A stretch of 64,000 bases of DNA from the NCBI GenBank assembly GCA_964247055.1, contig OZ176051.1:13206001-13270000 (forward strand), given 5' to 3'. Made by a program: the position numbers and the translations under genes. This document shows positions 27,101 to 37,700 of this stretch, one piece after another. The stretch is from Paragordius varius. Its lineage: Eukaryota; Animalia; Nematomorpha. The notes under the pieces are model-generated. The model searched no databases and was not told where the DNA came from. It was given only the letters and a program-made list of their open reading frames with translations. Numbering within the stretch: position 1 is the stretch's first letter; every line of letters starts with the position of its first letter.

Positions 27101-28513
27101 ATTAATAATCGATTGCGCTTAAAAAAATCAATAGAAGCAAAGAGTCAACTAAATATTTTTGGTTATCTTAATTACCCTAACGTAAATTATTGATTTAGAA
27201 AAGGTGCCCAACACGAGACACAACGCAATTTTGACCGGCTTGCAAATTACAAAAAATAATATCTAATTTCGATATGCAAAAATATTCTATAATCATTAAA
27301 TAATCATATTAATATCATATTTCTCTTTAATAAAATTCTTAATTTACCCAAAATTTTCACAACTCTTTAAGTTTTGTTAGCGCCAATTATTGTTTAAATA
27401 GGTGTTTCATTAAATATGTGTATGACATCTTATCTAAGTTGAATATAATGTGCTATCGGTTCCTTAAGGTAAAAGTTAGATAATATTTTTTATTAAATGC
27501 GGTCAACTGGATTTTTTAACTTGGATATTTCAATCTCAAAGTCAGTTTTGTTGGGCATCTCTGAATGTTTCTTATTTTTTTAAAAACCATTTATATCTTA
27601 CAATAATTAAAGGTAAGAAATCGCATTTTGACGTCAAATATTAAAAAAACTTGCAATTGTGCTCTAGTTTTCATACTAATTATTTGATAACAAAATTCAC
27701 GCATTATATAGCTTTAAAAAATAGTTTAAAAATTATTTTATGTTTTCTAAGCTGAAGTAGCAAATATCTAAAAAAAACTCCAAAATTTATGATATTATGT
27801 GACATTAAGGGCAGAAATTCTATTGACTTGGCTTTATATTCACATGTTATTCTCAATGTCATAAATATTTTTTGAGCCATTATGACCTTATTTGTACAAA
27901 TTATACACTACCTCCTCATAAAAAATATCTATAAATAATCCGTTCTTATTGAGTCCTAAATCCCTTTTTGGACCCGGTATGTTGGATATCGCATAAATTT
28001 TTTTATCAAATTTGACGCCAAAATACCGTTAATTCTGGTCAATCTTTCATTAGCCAGAGTTGTCATTATATAATTATTCTCTTCAGATTTCCAATTCAAA
28101 CGGATCGCAAGGCAAAGGTTTCATAAATAGGCCCATAAGTGATGTTGTGGACTGGAAACTGGTTGGAGAAAAATATTTGGATATACAAGTAGATATGAAT
28201 TAAATATATTTATCTAAATGAGATATTTTCAATTATTATATAAACAAAGCGAAAATTCCCTTAAAAATTCGCATTTAACAGCAATAATAATACCGTGATG
28301 AAATATATTTTTATTTTATGTTAAATATTTTACTTTATCCAATTTTATTTAAACACATAGGGTATTAAACTAGACAAAACCGAAATGCATCAAAATCTAG
28401 GCAGAGATGTTTTAACCAATTCAAAAAAGGGTGCCTTTGCCGAAACCACTGATATGCTTCAGAAAGTTTTAGATACGGAGAAACCTCGAACTGCAAACCG
28501 GATGGGATTATAA
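1173..28513 (+). CDS. nompC: TRPN1/NOMPC mechanosensitive TRP channel, 29 exons, about 1676 aa; disrupted as assembled (possible young pseudogene or alternatively spliced variant)
   Basis: Exons read by hand with GT-AG ends and consistent phases: 1173-1391, 1885-1986, 2025-2123, 2217-2435, 3183-3281 (acceptor TGG, not AG), 6877-6978, 10236-10436, 10735-10935, 15305-15406, 15651-15746, 16697-16825, 16877-17005, 17125-17340, 17806-18003, 18247-18447, 19711-19812, 19867-19965, 20035-20286, 20519-20824, 20877-21193, 21444-21816, 21888-22074, 22138-22303, 22386-22555, 23177-23400, 26273-26408, 26736-26866, 28087-28188, 28361-28513; total 5031 nt. Motifs are colinear with NOMPC as I recall it: DKF...RTDDGSTLVHIA, ARVDVFDEEGKAALHLA, DGNTCAHIAAMKG, SPAPIEVA...KERA, FGPWAIVI, LLIAM.SYTY..IQEESDLEWKYG, PAPSPINL, DVVDWK. 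The start codon is the least certain element. Confidence 0.95.
3370..3612 (+). repeat. 5' LTR of the gypsy element
   Basis: Aligns by eye with 6531-6744, with several indels; the exact 3' end (3605 or 3612) is uncertain. Confidence 0.8.
6531..6744 (+). repeat. 3' LTR of the gypsy element
   Basis: Follows the polypurine tract. Shares blocks such as atgacacaa, ttacatcatatt, cgtagaataaaaga and ttgacattattttaat with the 5' LTR. Confidence 0.8.
7451..8022. mobile_element. piggyBac-like MITE (TTAA/CACTT family), copy 1
   Basis: TTAA at 7447-7450 then CACTTCG; subterminal inverted repeat (...gggctatctgaataccccag / ctggggtatttaactaccc...); right end caagttt then TTAA. Confidence 0.7.
11186..13523. 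mobile_element. hAT-type non-autonomous element (CAGTGGCGTACC TIR), split by an inner hAT
   Basis: TIRs CAGTGGCGTACC / GGTACGCCCCTG (1 mismatch). Perfect 8-bp TSD TGGCCCTG at 11178-11185 and 13524-13531. GC-rich ggcgccc subterminal motifs. Confidence 0.9.
11411..13352 (+). mobile_element. Decayed hAT Buster/SPIN/Charlie-type DNA transposon
   Basis: TIRs CAGTGGTATTCA / TGAGTACCACTG. 8-bp TSD GTGTATAT (11403-11410) vs GTATATAT (13353-13360) with a central TA. The fragment ICTDGCPPMIGMNKGF...VVDIVNHIRGRA (12076-12300) matches the Buster TDGAPAM.G motif. The transposase is multiply broken. Confidence 0.88.
14300..15162. mobile_element. hAT-like MITE with GGAACC subterminal repeats
   Basis: TIR CAGGGCTT / AAGCCCTG; many GGAACC/GGTTCC motifs at both ends; candidate 8-bp TSD ATTTATAT / ATATATAC (6/8). 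Confidence 0.75.
18466..19185. mobile_element. hAT-like MITE in TRPN intron 15, interrupted by a piggyBac-like MITE
   Basis: Imperfect TIRs CAGAGGCGTAGCTTG / CTAGTTACACCACTG; TSD unclear (tttataac vs tttaacat). Confidence 0.6.
18579..19094. mobile_element. piggyBac-like MITE, copy 2
   Basis: TTAA at 18575-18578 and 19095-19098; ends CACTTCG ... CCAAATG; the interior resembles copies 1 and 3. Confidence 0.75.
21714..21783 (+). pseudogene. Pair of compensating frameshifts in TRPN exon 21 (pre-S1 region)
   Basis: The upstream frame reads ...DSLADWPWYFCFS* (TAG 21733-21735, then two TAA). The homologous peptide VLLLFIAMLIFPPLWISLSLPL lies in the -1 frame from 21717. The original frame resumes at 21784 with CYRLNRNPIIK. 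Confidence 0.85.
24054..24098. repeat. (AT)n microsatellite
   Basis: About 22 AT units. Confidence 0.95.
24388..24660. mobile_element. Degenerate copy of the 21-bp-repeat MITE
   Basis: ttcaaattcaccctcgaacaa on the left and gtgaatttgaattgtaaatgg on the right; the interior matches 32328-32719. Confidence 0.65.
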
Positions 28514-29051
28514 TTATCTTACATGATATCTTGCAGACCATTAACTTCATTTATACGTAGGCACCCTAAAGATATAATCAAATTTAGGGAATCAATTTTG
28601 CATGCTGTTAATAGATTATTATAACTTTTTAGCGGCCGTTATATTTAGGCACATTACCTTGTTTAGTTGGATACGCCTATAAATCTTATATTGTTTCTAC
28701 TACCTTTTGATTATATCACAATAAATGTTTATTTTGTCCTTAACCGTGTCATAGGCTACTTTTGTAAAAAATGGTTTCTAAAAAAGAATCATATTTAATT
28801 TAATAAAGCATTTATTTCTCTTATTGCCAATTAACCCCAATCATTTATTAATAGCCCATTATATCCAAAAAGTAATATCTTAAGTAGGATTTTGTAATTT
28901 TCGTTGTGAGGGACAAAAATTTATGGTCTAGATTGTTTTGATAATTTTTGTAGCTATTTTATAGAATATTAAGACGTCAATGTTATATTATGGTGTGTAT
29001 AGGGTTGAGGATTTGATGGACACTCGTCTTCGTATCGTCTTTGTGTAATGG

Positions 29052-30640
29052 CTAGCCATTGTATCCGTATAGAAGCTGTCTGTAATATTTGCGATCCTGC
29101 CAGGCGTTATCATCAATGTTGGCAACACTTAAATCATTATTTATTGTTTTTTCCCAGTTGAATGTTGGTCTGCCCCTGCGATTGTTACCTTCGGGATGTA
29201 GGGATAAAATTTTATTTGTCCATTGTTCTGGAGCACGTTTGATGTGTCCGAAATATCTAAGCCTATTTTTTCTGAGCATGACATTTAAAGGTTCAATTTG
29301 GTAGAGTTGATGTAAATTTGAATTTGACTTATTGGGTTGGAATAAATTTAGTATCCGTTTTTCTAAGTTCATTAGTTTTTTCTCGATTGAATCTGTCATC
29401 GGCCACGTTTCGTAACCATACAGGAGTATGGGACTTATGCCGGCTTTGTAAATCAAACCTTTGTTTTTTGCTGATATGTGTTTATTTTTGAGGACAAATT
29501 TAAGTTGATGATATTTTACCCAAGCCTGTTGGGATCTATATTTAACTGATTGGTTTATTCCACCTAGGCAATGTATGACATCGCCCAAGTATTTGAAATT
29601 ATTCACCAATTCGATTTTGGTGTCTGCCATATAAACGTAATTTAGGGAAGTGGATGAGTGATTTATTGTTTTATTTTTACATGATTCACATATAAATTTG
29701 TCATTGTTGATTAATTTCCCTTTTATAAGCGAGCACTTTTTGTGTACCCACTTATTGCATGATGTACATAGGATTGAATTGAGTTTAACATCTAAATCAC
29801 ATACTCCACATGGAAACTTAGGTCGTTCATATACAGTTTCACCCGTTATCATCACCTTTGTTTTGCTTATATTTATATTCATTCCACCCTTTTCTAAGTG
29901 TGATTTCCATGTGTTGTACTTTTGATTTAATGCTTCCATTGATGTTGCGGTGAGGACAATGTCGTCCGCATAGATAAGTTCCCATGGTGGGCCTTGTTTT
30001 ATATCTTTTGTTAGGTAATCCATTATTAAAATGAAGAGTAGAGGGCTTAGGATGGAGCCTTGATGAAGACCAGATTCGTTTGGAACAAAAGCTGTGTTAC
30101 CTAGTGTTAATCTGACGCAGTTTGTTGTTTTGTAGTACATCATTTCTATTGATTTAATTATCCAATCATCTACATTATTGGCTCGTAGTGTGGATGTGAT
30201 CAACTTCCTGGGGATACAATCAAAGGCCCTTTGTAAATCAATAAAAACATGATATAGTTTTTTATTTTTCGCTAAATAGTTCTCTTGCAATCTTCTCAAA
30301 ATGAAGATTGCATCCATTGTGCTACTGTTTGGTTTATAGGCATATTGTGATTCCTGTATACTAACGATTGATCTTAGTTTTGAATCAATAATGGATTCAA
30401 AAATTTTTAACGGGTGTTCCAACAACTTTAGTGGTCTGTAGGAGGAACAAACGAGTATGTCTCCTTTGTTTTTATAAATGGGTATGATGGTGCTTTTTGA
30501 CCAACATTAGGGATGCGATTCGTTGATAAGATTAGATTGAATATGTTAGTTAAATGTATAATGCATTGTGGTAAAGCTTTGATCATGTCACAGCTGAGTT
30601 CAGATGGACCTGTAGCTTTGTTATTTTTCATCTTGGTCAA
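29052..30640 (-). pseudogene. Reverse transcriptase of the RTE element with an inserted PHD-type finger
   Basis: KATGP, PIYKNKGD...YRP, FIDLQRAFD, GLHQGSILSP, YADD, FKYLG, RLRYFGH and RGRP motifs; frameshift near 30504. C4HC3 pattern at 29679-29810. Confidence 0.92.
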
Positions 30641-30900
30641 GGCATCTCTTACATCGTCTGTTAATGGTCGAGGGCCAATTGCTGGTGGTTGGTTTATTGT
30701 TTCAAAATCATGTTTTTGTGCAAATTGTTCTTTGTAATACGTTGTCCAGACATTGCTTATGTCACTCCACTCAGTTATTAGTTGTTGATCTTTATCTTTA
30801 ATATAGGAAATTTGTTTAATGTTTTATTATTGTTAACTGAATTTATTGTTCGAAAAATCTTAAGATTTTTCATGTCTTGTTCTAATTTTTTAGCTAAACC

Positions 30901-32007
30901 TCAAGCTTTTTTGTTGGCTGAAATATTGATGGCTTGTTGTAAATTTTTATTTGATTTGATATATGATTCCAAGTCTCTTTTATCTTTTGTTTGTTTCCAT
31001 CTTTTATAGTTATTGCGTTTAATTTTAATTAAAGGTTTTATGGATTCTGACCACCACAAATTTGATTGTTGTTTTTTCCTGTATATTTTCTTTCTGCCAC
31101 AATAATTAAGCACATTTGGGATGATGCTGTTTTTAAAATTATCCCAAGCTTGTTCAGATGTTTTGTGGTTGAGACTAAGCGATGCATTGACAGTTTCTGA
31201 GAGTTGAAGTTTAAGATCAGGAAGGTGTAGTTTTTCTAAGTTTATTTTAGGTTTCTGGTTACTATGGTAATAGGATTTGTTTATTGTTATTATTGCTACA
31301 ATTAATTTATGTTGTGTGTCAGTAAGGTATGTTTTAGAGTCTTTAATGAATTTTCTATCTTGAATGGGTGTTAAAATGTAGTCTACCATAGAATTTTGAT
31401 TACCACTTGTATAAGTTATTAATTTTTTTGCTGGTTTCGTGAAGAGGGTATTGCAGATAGTAAGTCTAAGAGATGCGCAGTATTCTAATAATGTATCACC
31501 TTCTTTGTTACGGCTGCCAAAAGCGTTTCCTCCATGTATTCTCATATAGTCTTCACCATTAGTGCCAACGTGGGAATTGAAATCTCCACCTATAAAAATT
31601 TTGTCATTTGGAGGTATTGCATGGGAAATGTCGTATAGTTGGTTCCAAAAGGCTTGTTTGGTTGCTTCGCTTAATCCAGACTGGGGAGCATAGATCGAAA
31701 GTATGTTAAGAATTTGTTTTTTAAAGCCGATACGTATTTGGATAATTCTTTCGTTGTGTCTGTTTACTTCTATTATATTATCACAATATTCATTTTTAAT
31801 AGCTATAGCTACTCCATGTTGGCCTTTCATTTGACCTTTGTAGAAAATTGTATAGTTGTCTATATTCAGCTTTCCCTCAGATTTATATCTTGTTTCCTGG
31901 AGACAACAGATGTCAATGTTTTTCTCTTTTATTTGGTCGATAACTAAGTTTGATCTACCGACTAGCGTCGAGATATTCCAAGTGCCGATCTTAAGTGGTT
32001 TTACCAT
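30901..32007 (-). pseudogene. Apurinic-like endonuclease domain of the RTE element
   Basis: GTWNI, LQET, SIYAP, GGDFN, SMVDYIL and DTQHKLI motifs; ends at a premature TGA. Confidence 0.9.
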
Positions 32008-32327
32008 ATTGTTGGGTGTTTTTTTTGTGGTTTTTTAGGAGAGCATTAATATTGTTATCATGTAAATTAATATTATTATCAAAATTAAGATTATCACATA
32101 TATTAATATCATTAATAAAATTATTTGTAAGATTAATATTATCATTTTTAAAATATATATCATTGTTTAAAAGTGTTGTCAATTCATTCATTATTTTCAT
32201 ATACGGTATGATTAAGGCGATTGTTTTACAATTTGCATGCCTCTGCAAATCAAGAGACTATTTCGGTGCCCCTGACCTATGGAATTGCCTTTCTGGGCTT
32301 ACGGAGTTCCATCCCCGCTTACATATA

Positions 32328-32719
32328 CCATTTACAGTTCAAATTCACCCTTAAACAATTCAAATTCACCCTCGAACAATTCAAGTTCACCCTTGAACAA
32401 TTCAAATTCACCCTCGAACAATTCAAATTCACCCTCAAATAAATAACATGTTTTTTAAGATTAAAAATTACCTATATTTTAATATATTTTTAAAAAATAA
32501 AATTTTGTTTTAAATTAAAAAAATACTGAAAAAAATAATTAATTATGCCATAAAGATATATTTTATATTAAAAATGAGTTATATTAGTTCGAAAAAACAT
32601 AATTTATTTTTAGGGTGAATTTGAATTGTTCGAGGGTGAATTTGAATTGTTCGAGGGTGAATTTGAATTGTTCAAGGGTGAATTTGAATTGTTTAAGGGT
32701 GAATTTGAACTGTAAATGG
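32328..32719. mobile_element. MITE with five 21-bp tandem units per arm, inserted in the LINE 5' UTR
   Basis: TA, CCATTTACAG ... CTGTAAATGG, TA. The unit TTCAAATTCACCCT(T/C)(A/G)AACAA occurs 5 times on the left and 5 times inverted on the right. Confidence 0.85.
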
Positions 32720-32877
32720 TATATATTACAAATTGGTTGTTTCTAGCAACTGGTTATAGCGCCAGATAAACCCGCTTTATCATCTGTGTGAATGCAGGTA
32801 TTGTGGTATTTTATAGGAAAAAATAATGGTAGTTTATTTTTTCCACCACACCCCACACAGATGATTTCTTTCCTTTA

Positions 32878-32939
32878 CCGCTCCCGTTGGTATTAACCAG
32901 GGTGCACCACGCGGAGGTGGGAGTCGGACTTTGCACCCC
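32878..32939 (-). ncRNA. HDV-like self-cleaving ribozyme (predicted) at the 5' end of the RTE element
   Basis: GGGGUGC AAAGU CCGACUCCC ACC UCCGCGU GGU GCACCCU GG UUAAUAC CAAC GGGAGCGG. P1 has a G1.U wobble, P3 is ACC/GGU, L3 is UCCGCGU, followed by P1.1 GG and P2 in HDV order. G1 abuts the TSD exactly. Confidence 0.85.
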
Positions 32940-33490
32940 GATTTGATGGACACTGTTTAAAAATTTAATGTATTAAACTTCAAATTAAAAAGTCATATAA
33001 GTAAAAGGCCCGATATATCTCTAATATTTTCTTAATTTGCAATTCGGGATAAACAACGGGTTTATATTAAAACAATTGTATATAATCGTATTCCGCTTCG
33101 TTGGGCTATTTAAAAAGAGTGGCAAAAAATCTTGTCAGATTCACTGGTAAAATCCCAAAAAATTGGGTTTAATGTACCAACAGTTAATGCGTGAACCCCA
33201 AAAATTTTAATTTGATCTGTTGACCCTCTTCTTAGAAACTGCGAATCCACATTAAAATTTTGGTATACTTTAACTGCAATTTATATAGTATTATCTGTGA
33301 TGAAATTTTTTTCTGTGAATTTCTTCAAATGTTTAATATTATTTAACAGATTTATAGCTCTGGTTGCCTTTATATAGAAAATAGTGGATCTGCAAAACTT
33401 AAAATATACGCTATTTATGTGATTGTCTATTTATGAGGCCTAAACCTTAGGCGGTCAATAAAAGCGCTATGCAAAACTTATTTAATATAA

Positions 33491-33502
<12 letters not shown>

Positions 33503-33564
<62 letters not shown>
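33503..33564. repeat. (AT)n microsatellite
   Basis: About 31 AT units preceded by (ATAC)n. Shorter (AT)n runs also occur near 105, 11120, 42745, 47350 and 52460. Confidence 0.95.
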
Positions 33565-33571
<7 letters not shown>

Positions 33572-34703
33572 GTACGAATGTATCATGAGTTTTTATATTT
33601 GATTGAAAGCTTAATTTTATAGTTTAAGAATGGACCTCTACCCGGCGGATTTGACTATTTTGGTTATGTGCGAAATATCAGTTTTGCTTAATCCATAAGA
33701 CCCCATTTTTTTGAAAATTAGCAAAGCCTTATTTCCATATAATGGCTTATTTTAGATGGTTCAGCCCTGGCAAAGCGCCTAGATATTTTGTTTATAAATT
33801 GAAACATTCTAATGGCTAGAGTGAAAAATTGTTTAAAACTATATATAGGGGCGTATTGACTCAAAGTGAAGGTTAATATAGCGGCTTATTCAAAAGCACA
33901 CAACTAAAAAATTTAATTTATACTGAAAATGTGTCTCATAAATGCTAACACATGAAGATCGTAGGCTCCCCCCAGCTAATTTCAAACCGCTAGGCTTAAA
34001 TTTTTATCCTATAGAAGAATATATAACCCAATTGTAGTTTCACAACGTGAGAAATTGTTTTAACGCAAAATTATTTTTAGATGGTGGTGTAAAAAAAGGA
34101 TAGAGCTATTATCAGCGTCTGATTTAAAAAACCGCTAAAAAATTATTGCTTTTGTACTGGGATTACCTGAATCAATTATAAATGGTCTCTTACTTATTCA
34201 AATTTTCACACTCTATACGTTAGCGTATTTAACATAGGTTAACCCTAACCCTGTATTAATATAAAAAAAACCCTCAACTCTTTATACATTAAATAACAAT
34301 GGTCATTTAGCTTTTACAAAAAGAAGGCCATGTTTTTCCTGCCCGGGGATTAAAAAAATTAAGCTAAATTCTTTTATATTAAATGCCTGAAACATTATTG
34401 GTTTTATATAGTTGCATGGGAAAAATTGCTGCCATGTTATTAAGGCGTTTTCATAAGGTGCATCTTACAGGAGTTTATTTAAAAAAGATTTATGGAAATG
34501 ATTAAAAATCTTATTCAAATTTAGATATTTGCCTTGAAGCCACATTATTTTATATAATGACGCGTGTTAGAATAAATAGAGCCCCGCATTCCTACCCAAC
34601 TACACAAATTAGATCTATTTTAAATTTAGATTTAATTAAAATAACCAATTTAAATTGATTCTAATATATTTAAAATATTTGAAAACTGAAACAGAAAGAA
34701 TTA

Positions 34704-37700
34704 CAGTATGCATTTTAATGTATGTTCAGTAATTTTATTGCCAGTCGAATAACATAAATGGTTTATCCAATGCGTAAAATACAGACCCACGAAATTATTT
34801 TGTAGTACACATATGAAAGAGGATTGACGTGAGAATTAACATAGGCTTTAATTTGATGGATATTTTGTAATGTTTTTGAGAATATTATAGCAATTTATGT
34901 TAACATTTGTAATATTGTTGTTACGTATTTAGATGCGGAATTTTGTGGTTTTTATCTTTGATAAATTAATGAATAGTAAAATACATTTTTTAAGATATTT
35001 ATTAATTATTCCTAAATTTAATAAATATTTTTCAACAGCTAAATACCTGTATTAATCAATCTTGGTATTATAATTTTATATAGTTTTTATTACTAATCAA
35101 AAAAACACAGGTAAATATATATTTGTGAAAATTTAAGTAGATTTTAGATTTTTGTCTTTTATGTTTTTTGTTAATTATTAATAATTTTTAAGTATTTCAG
35201 ACACTTTAATCAGGTAAATATTCGGTTTTTAAATTTAGTTAAATTTAATTTTTTTTGTTTTTTTATGTAACATTGTTAATTGTAATCAATTACTACATAT
35301 TTTGGCCATTTTAATAAGCAAAGGTAAAAATTGCGGTTTTTAATAAATTTAGTAAAAATTTAGTAATTTTTTTGTTTTTTAGGTTTTGCATTGTTAGTTG
35401 TAATTAATTACTACATATTTTGGACATTATAATGAATACAGATAAAAATTGCGGTTTTTTAACAAATTTAGTAAAAATTTAGTTTTTTTTTGTTTTTTAG
35501 GTTTTGCATTGTCAATTGTAATTAATTACTACATATTTTGGACATTTTAATAAATACAGGTAAAAATTGCGGTTTTTAACAAATTTCAAATTTAACATTT
35601 TTTGTATTTTGTATCATTGTTATTAATTACTAAATATTTTGGACATTTAAAAAACAGGGGAAAATTGCGGTTTTTAATAAATTAGTAAAATTTTTAATTT
35701 TTTGTCCAACCGTGCTAATTTATTAATTACTATGAATTATTTATACATTGATATATACAGGTAAATATTACTATTTGTGGTTTTTTAAATTTTTAGGAAA
35801 ATTATTTTTTTTGTTTTGCATTGATAACCAATATACAAATCTAGTTATATCTGAGCATATAGGTAAAAACGCATGTTACGGTTTTAGGTTTGACATTTAA
35901 TTTTCCAAATCCAACGATGTATATTTTAACAAATACCTTATGTCACCAAAGATTGAAAAAATGATCAAGATATATAAAACATCTTTTAATGTATCTGAAT
36001 ATGGCCAATAAATAAATTTATTTAAATTATAAATGTATAATTTTACAAAATATTCATAATATTATGTTTAAAATTAGCATTCTTCTTATTGATATTAATA
36101 CAGGTAATTTGTTTCTAATATTGATATACGATGCGGTGTACGTTCCTGATGATCTTATCTTAGATTGAAGAATATGAGATGCAAAAAATAATTAAATGCA
36201 GATTGAAAATTCAATCACCATCATTTTCTGGGTAGATTCCATCAACTAAAATATAAGATAGAAAGGTATTTATTAATATATTAGAAAATTGATACCTGGA
36301 TAGAAGTATTTTCAACATAATTTTAAATATTGGGGGCTAAAACATTCAAAGTTTGAAAGGGGAACTAAATAAGGTTGACTTGGCTTTTTAACAACTAAAT
36401 TTGCAAAAAATATTTTTTTTATGATAAAAAATTAAAAAATGTACTTTATGTTTTTGCGTTTTCGTTCTACTATCCTAAACTATAAATATGAAAAACTATT
36501 CTTCACCAAAGCGAACAATGTTAGTGTTGCCCGCTTAGTTTTTGGAGTGCTGTTGCATTAAAAGCTTTAAAAATATTTGTTTTTATTTTCTATTTGACGT
36601 CATTGGTGAAATCATATAAGCCTTTTCATATTTATAGTTTAGATTTAAATAGTAGAACGAAAACGCAAAAACATAAATTATCATTTTTGAATTTTTTATC
36701 ATGAAGAAAATATTTTTTGCAAATTTAGTTGTTAAAAAGCCAAGTCAACCTTATTTAGTTCCCTTTCAAACTTTGAATGTTTTAGCCCACAATATTTAAA
36801 ATTATGTTTAAAATACTTCTATCCAGGTATATTCTAAAATATTAATAAATACCTTTCTATCTTATATTTTAGCTGATGGAATCTACCCAGAAAATGATGG
36901 TGATTGAATTTTCAATCTGCATTTAATTATTTTTTGCATCTCATATTCTTCAATCTAAGATAAGATCATCAGGAACGCACACCGCATCGCATATCAATAT
37001 TAGAAACAAATTACCTGTATTAATATCAATAAGAAGAATGCTAATTTTAAACATAATATTAGGAATATTTTGTATAATTATACATTTATAATTAAAATAA
37101 ATTTATTTATATTTGGCGATATTCAGATACAAAAGATGTTTTATATATCTTGATTATTTTTTCAATCTTTGGTGACATAAGGTGTTTGTTAAAATATACA
37201 TCGTTGGATTTGGAAAATAAAATGTCAAACCTAAAACCGTAACATGCGTTTTTACCTATATGCTCAGATATAACTATATTTGTATATTAGTTATCAATGC
37301 AAAACAAATAATCCTAAAAATTTAAAAAACCGCAAATCATAGTAATATTTACCTGTATATCTCAATGTATAAAAAATATATAGTAAGAAATAAATTAGCA
37401 AGGTTGGACAAAAGATTAAAAATTTTACTAATTTATTAAAAACCGTAATTTTCCCCCGTTTTTTAAATGTCCAAAATATTTAGTAATTAATAGCAATGAT
37501 ACAAAATACAAAAAAGTTAAATTTGAAATTTGTTAAAAACCGCAATTTTTACCTTTATTTATTGAAATGTCCAAAATACGTAGTAATTAATTACAATTAA
37601 CAATGCAAAACCTAAAAAACAAAAAAAACTAAATTTTTACAAAATTATTTAAAAACTACAATTTTTACCTGTATTTATTATAATGTCCAAAATATGTAGT

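Larger units (their letters stand above)
29025..32939 (-). mobile_element. Full-length RTE-clade non-LTR retrotransposon (LINE) with a 15-bp TSD
   Basis: Direct repeat GATTTGATGGACACT at 29010-29024 and 32940-32954. One APE-RT reading region broken by a few stops and frameshifts (near 30901, 30780, 30504). Short 3' tail AAGACG ATACG AAGACG. Confidence 0.93.

Noticed and set aside
27199-27270. Possible extra TRPN C-terminal exon
   Set aside because: The phase-0 frames hit stops before any donor, and exons 27 and 28 already join in frame.
32221-32442. ORF with QFKFTLE heptad repeats
   Set aside because: It is the translation of the MITE's 21-bp tandem units (7 codons each), not a gene.
32338-32710. 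CRISPR-like regular repeats
   Set aside because: The units are head-to-tail with no unique spacers, are mirrored as inverted arms, and lie in a eukaryotic context. The same holds for the ~115-bp units in the foldbacks.
34233-34250. Telomere-like TAACCCTAACCCT
   Set aside because: Only two units; not an array.
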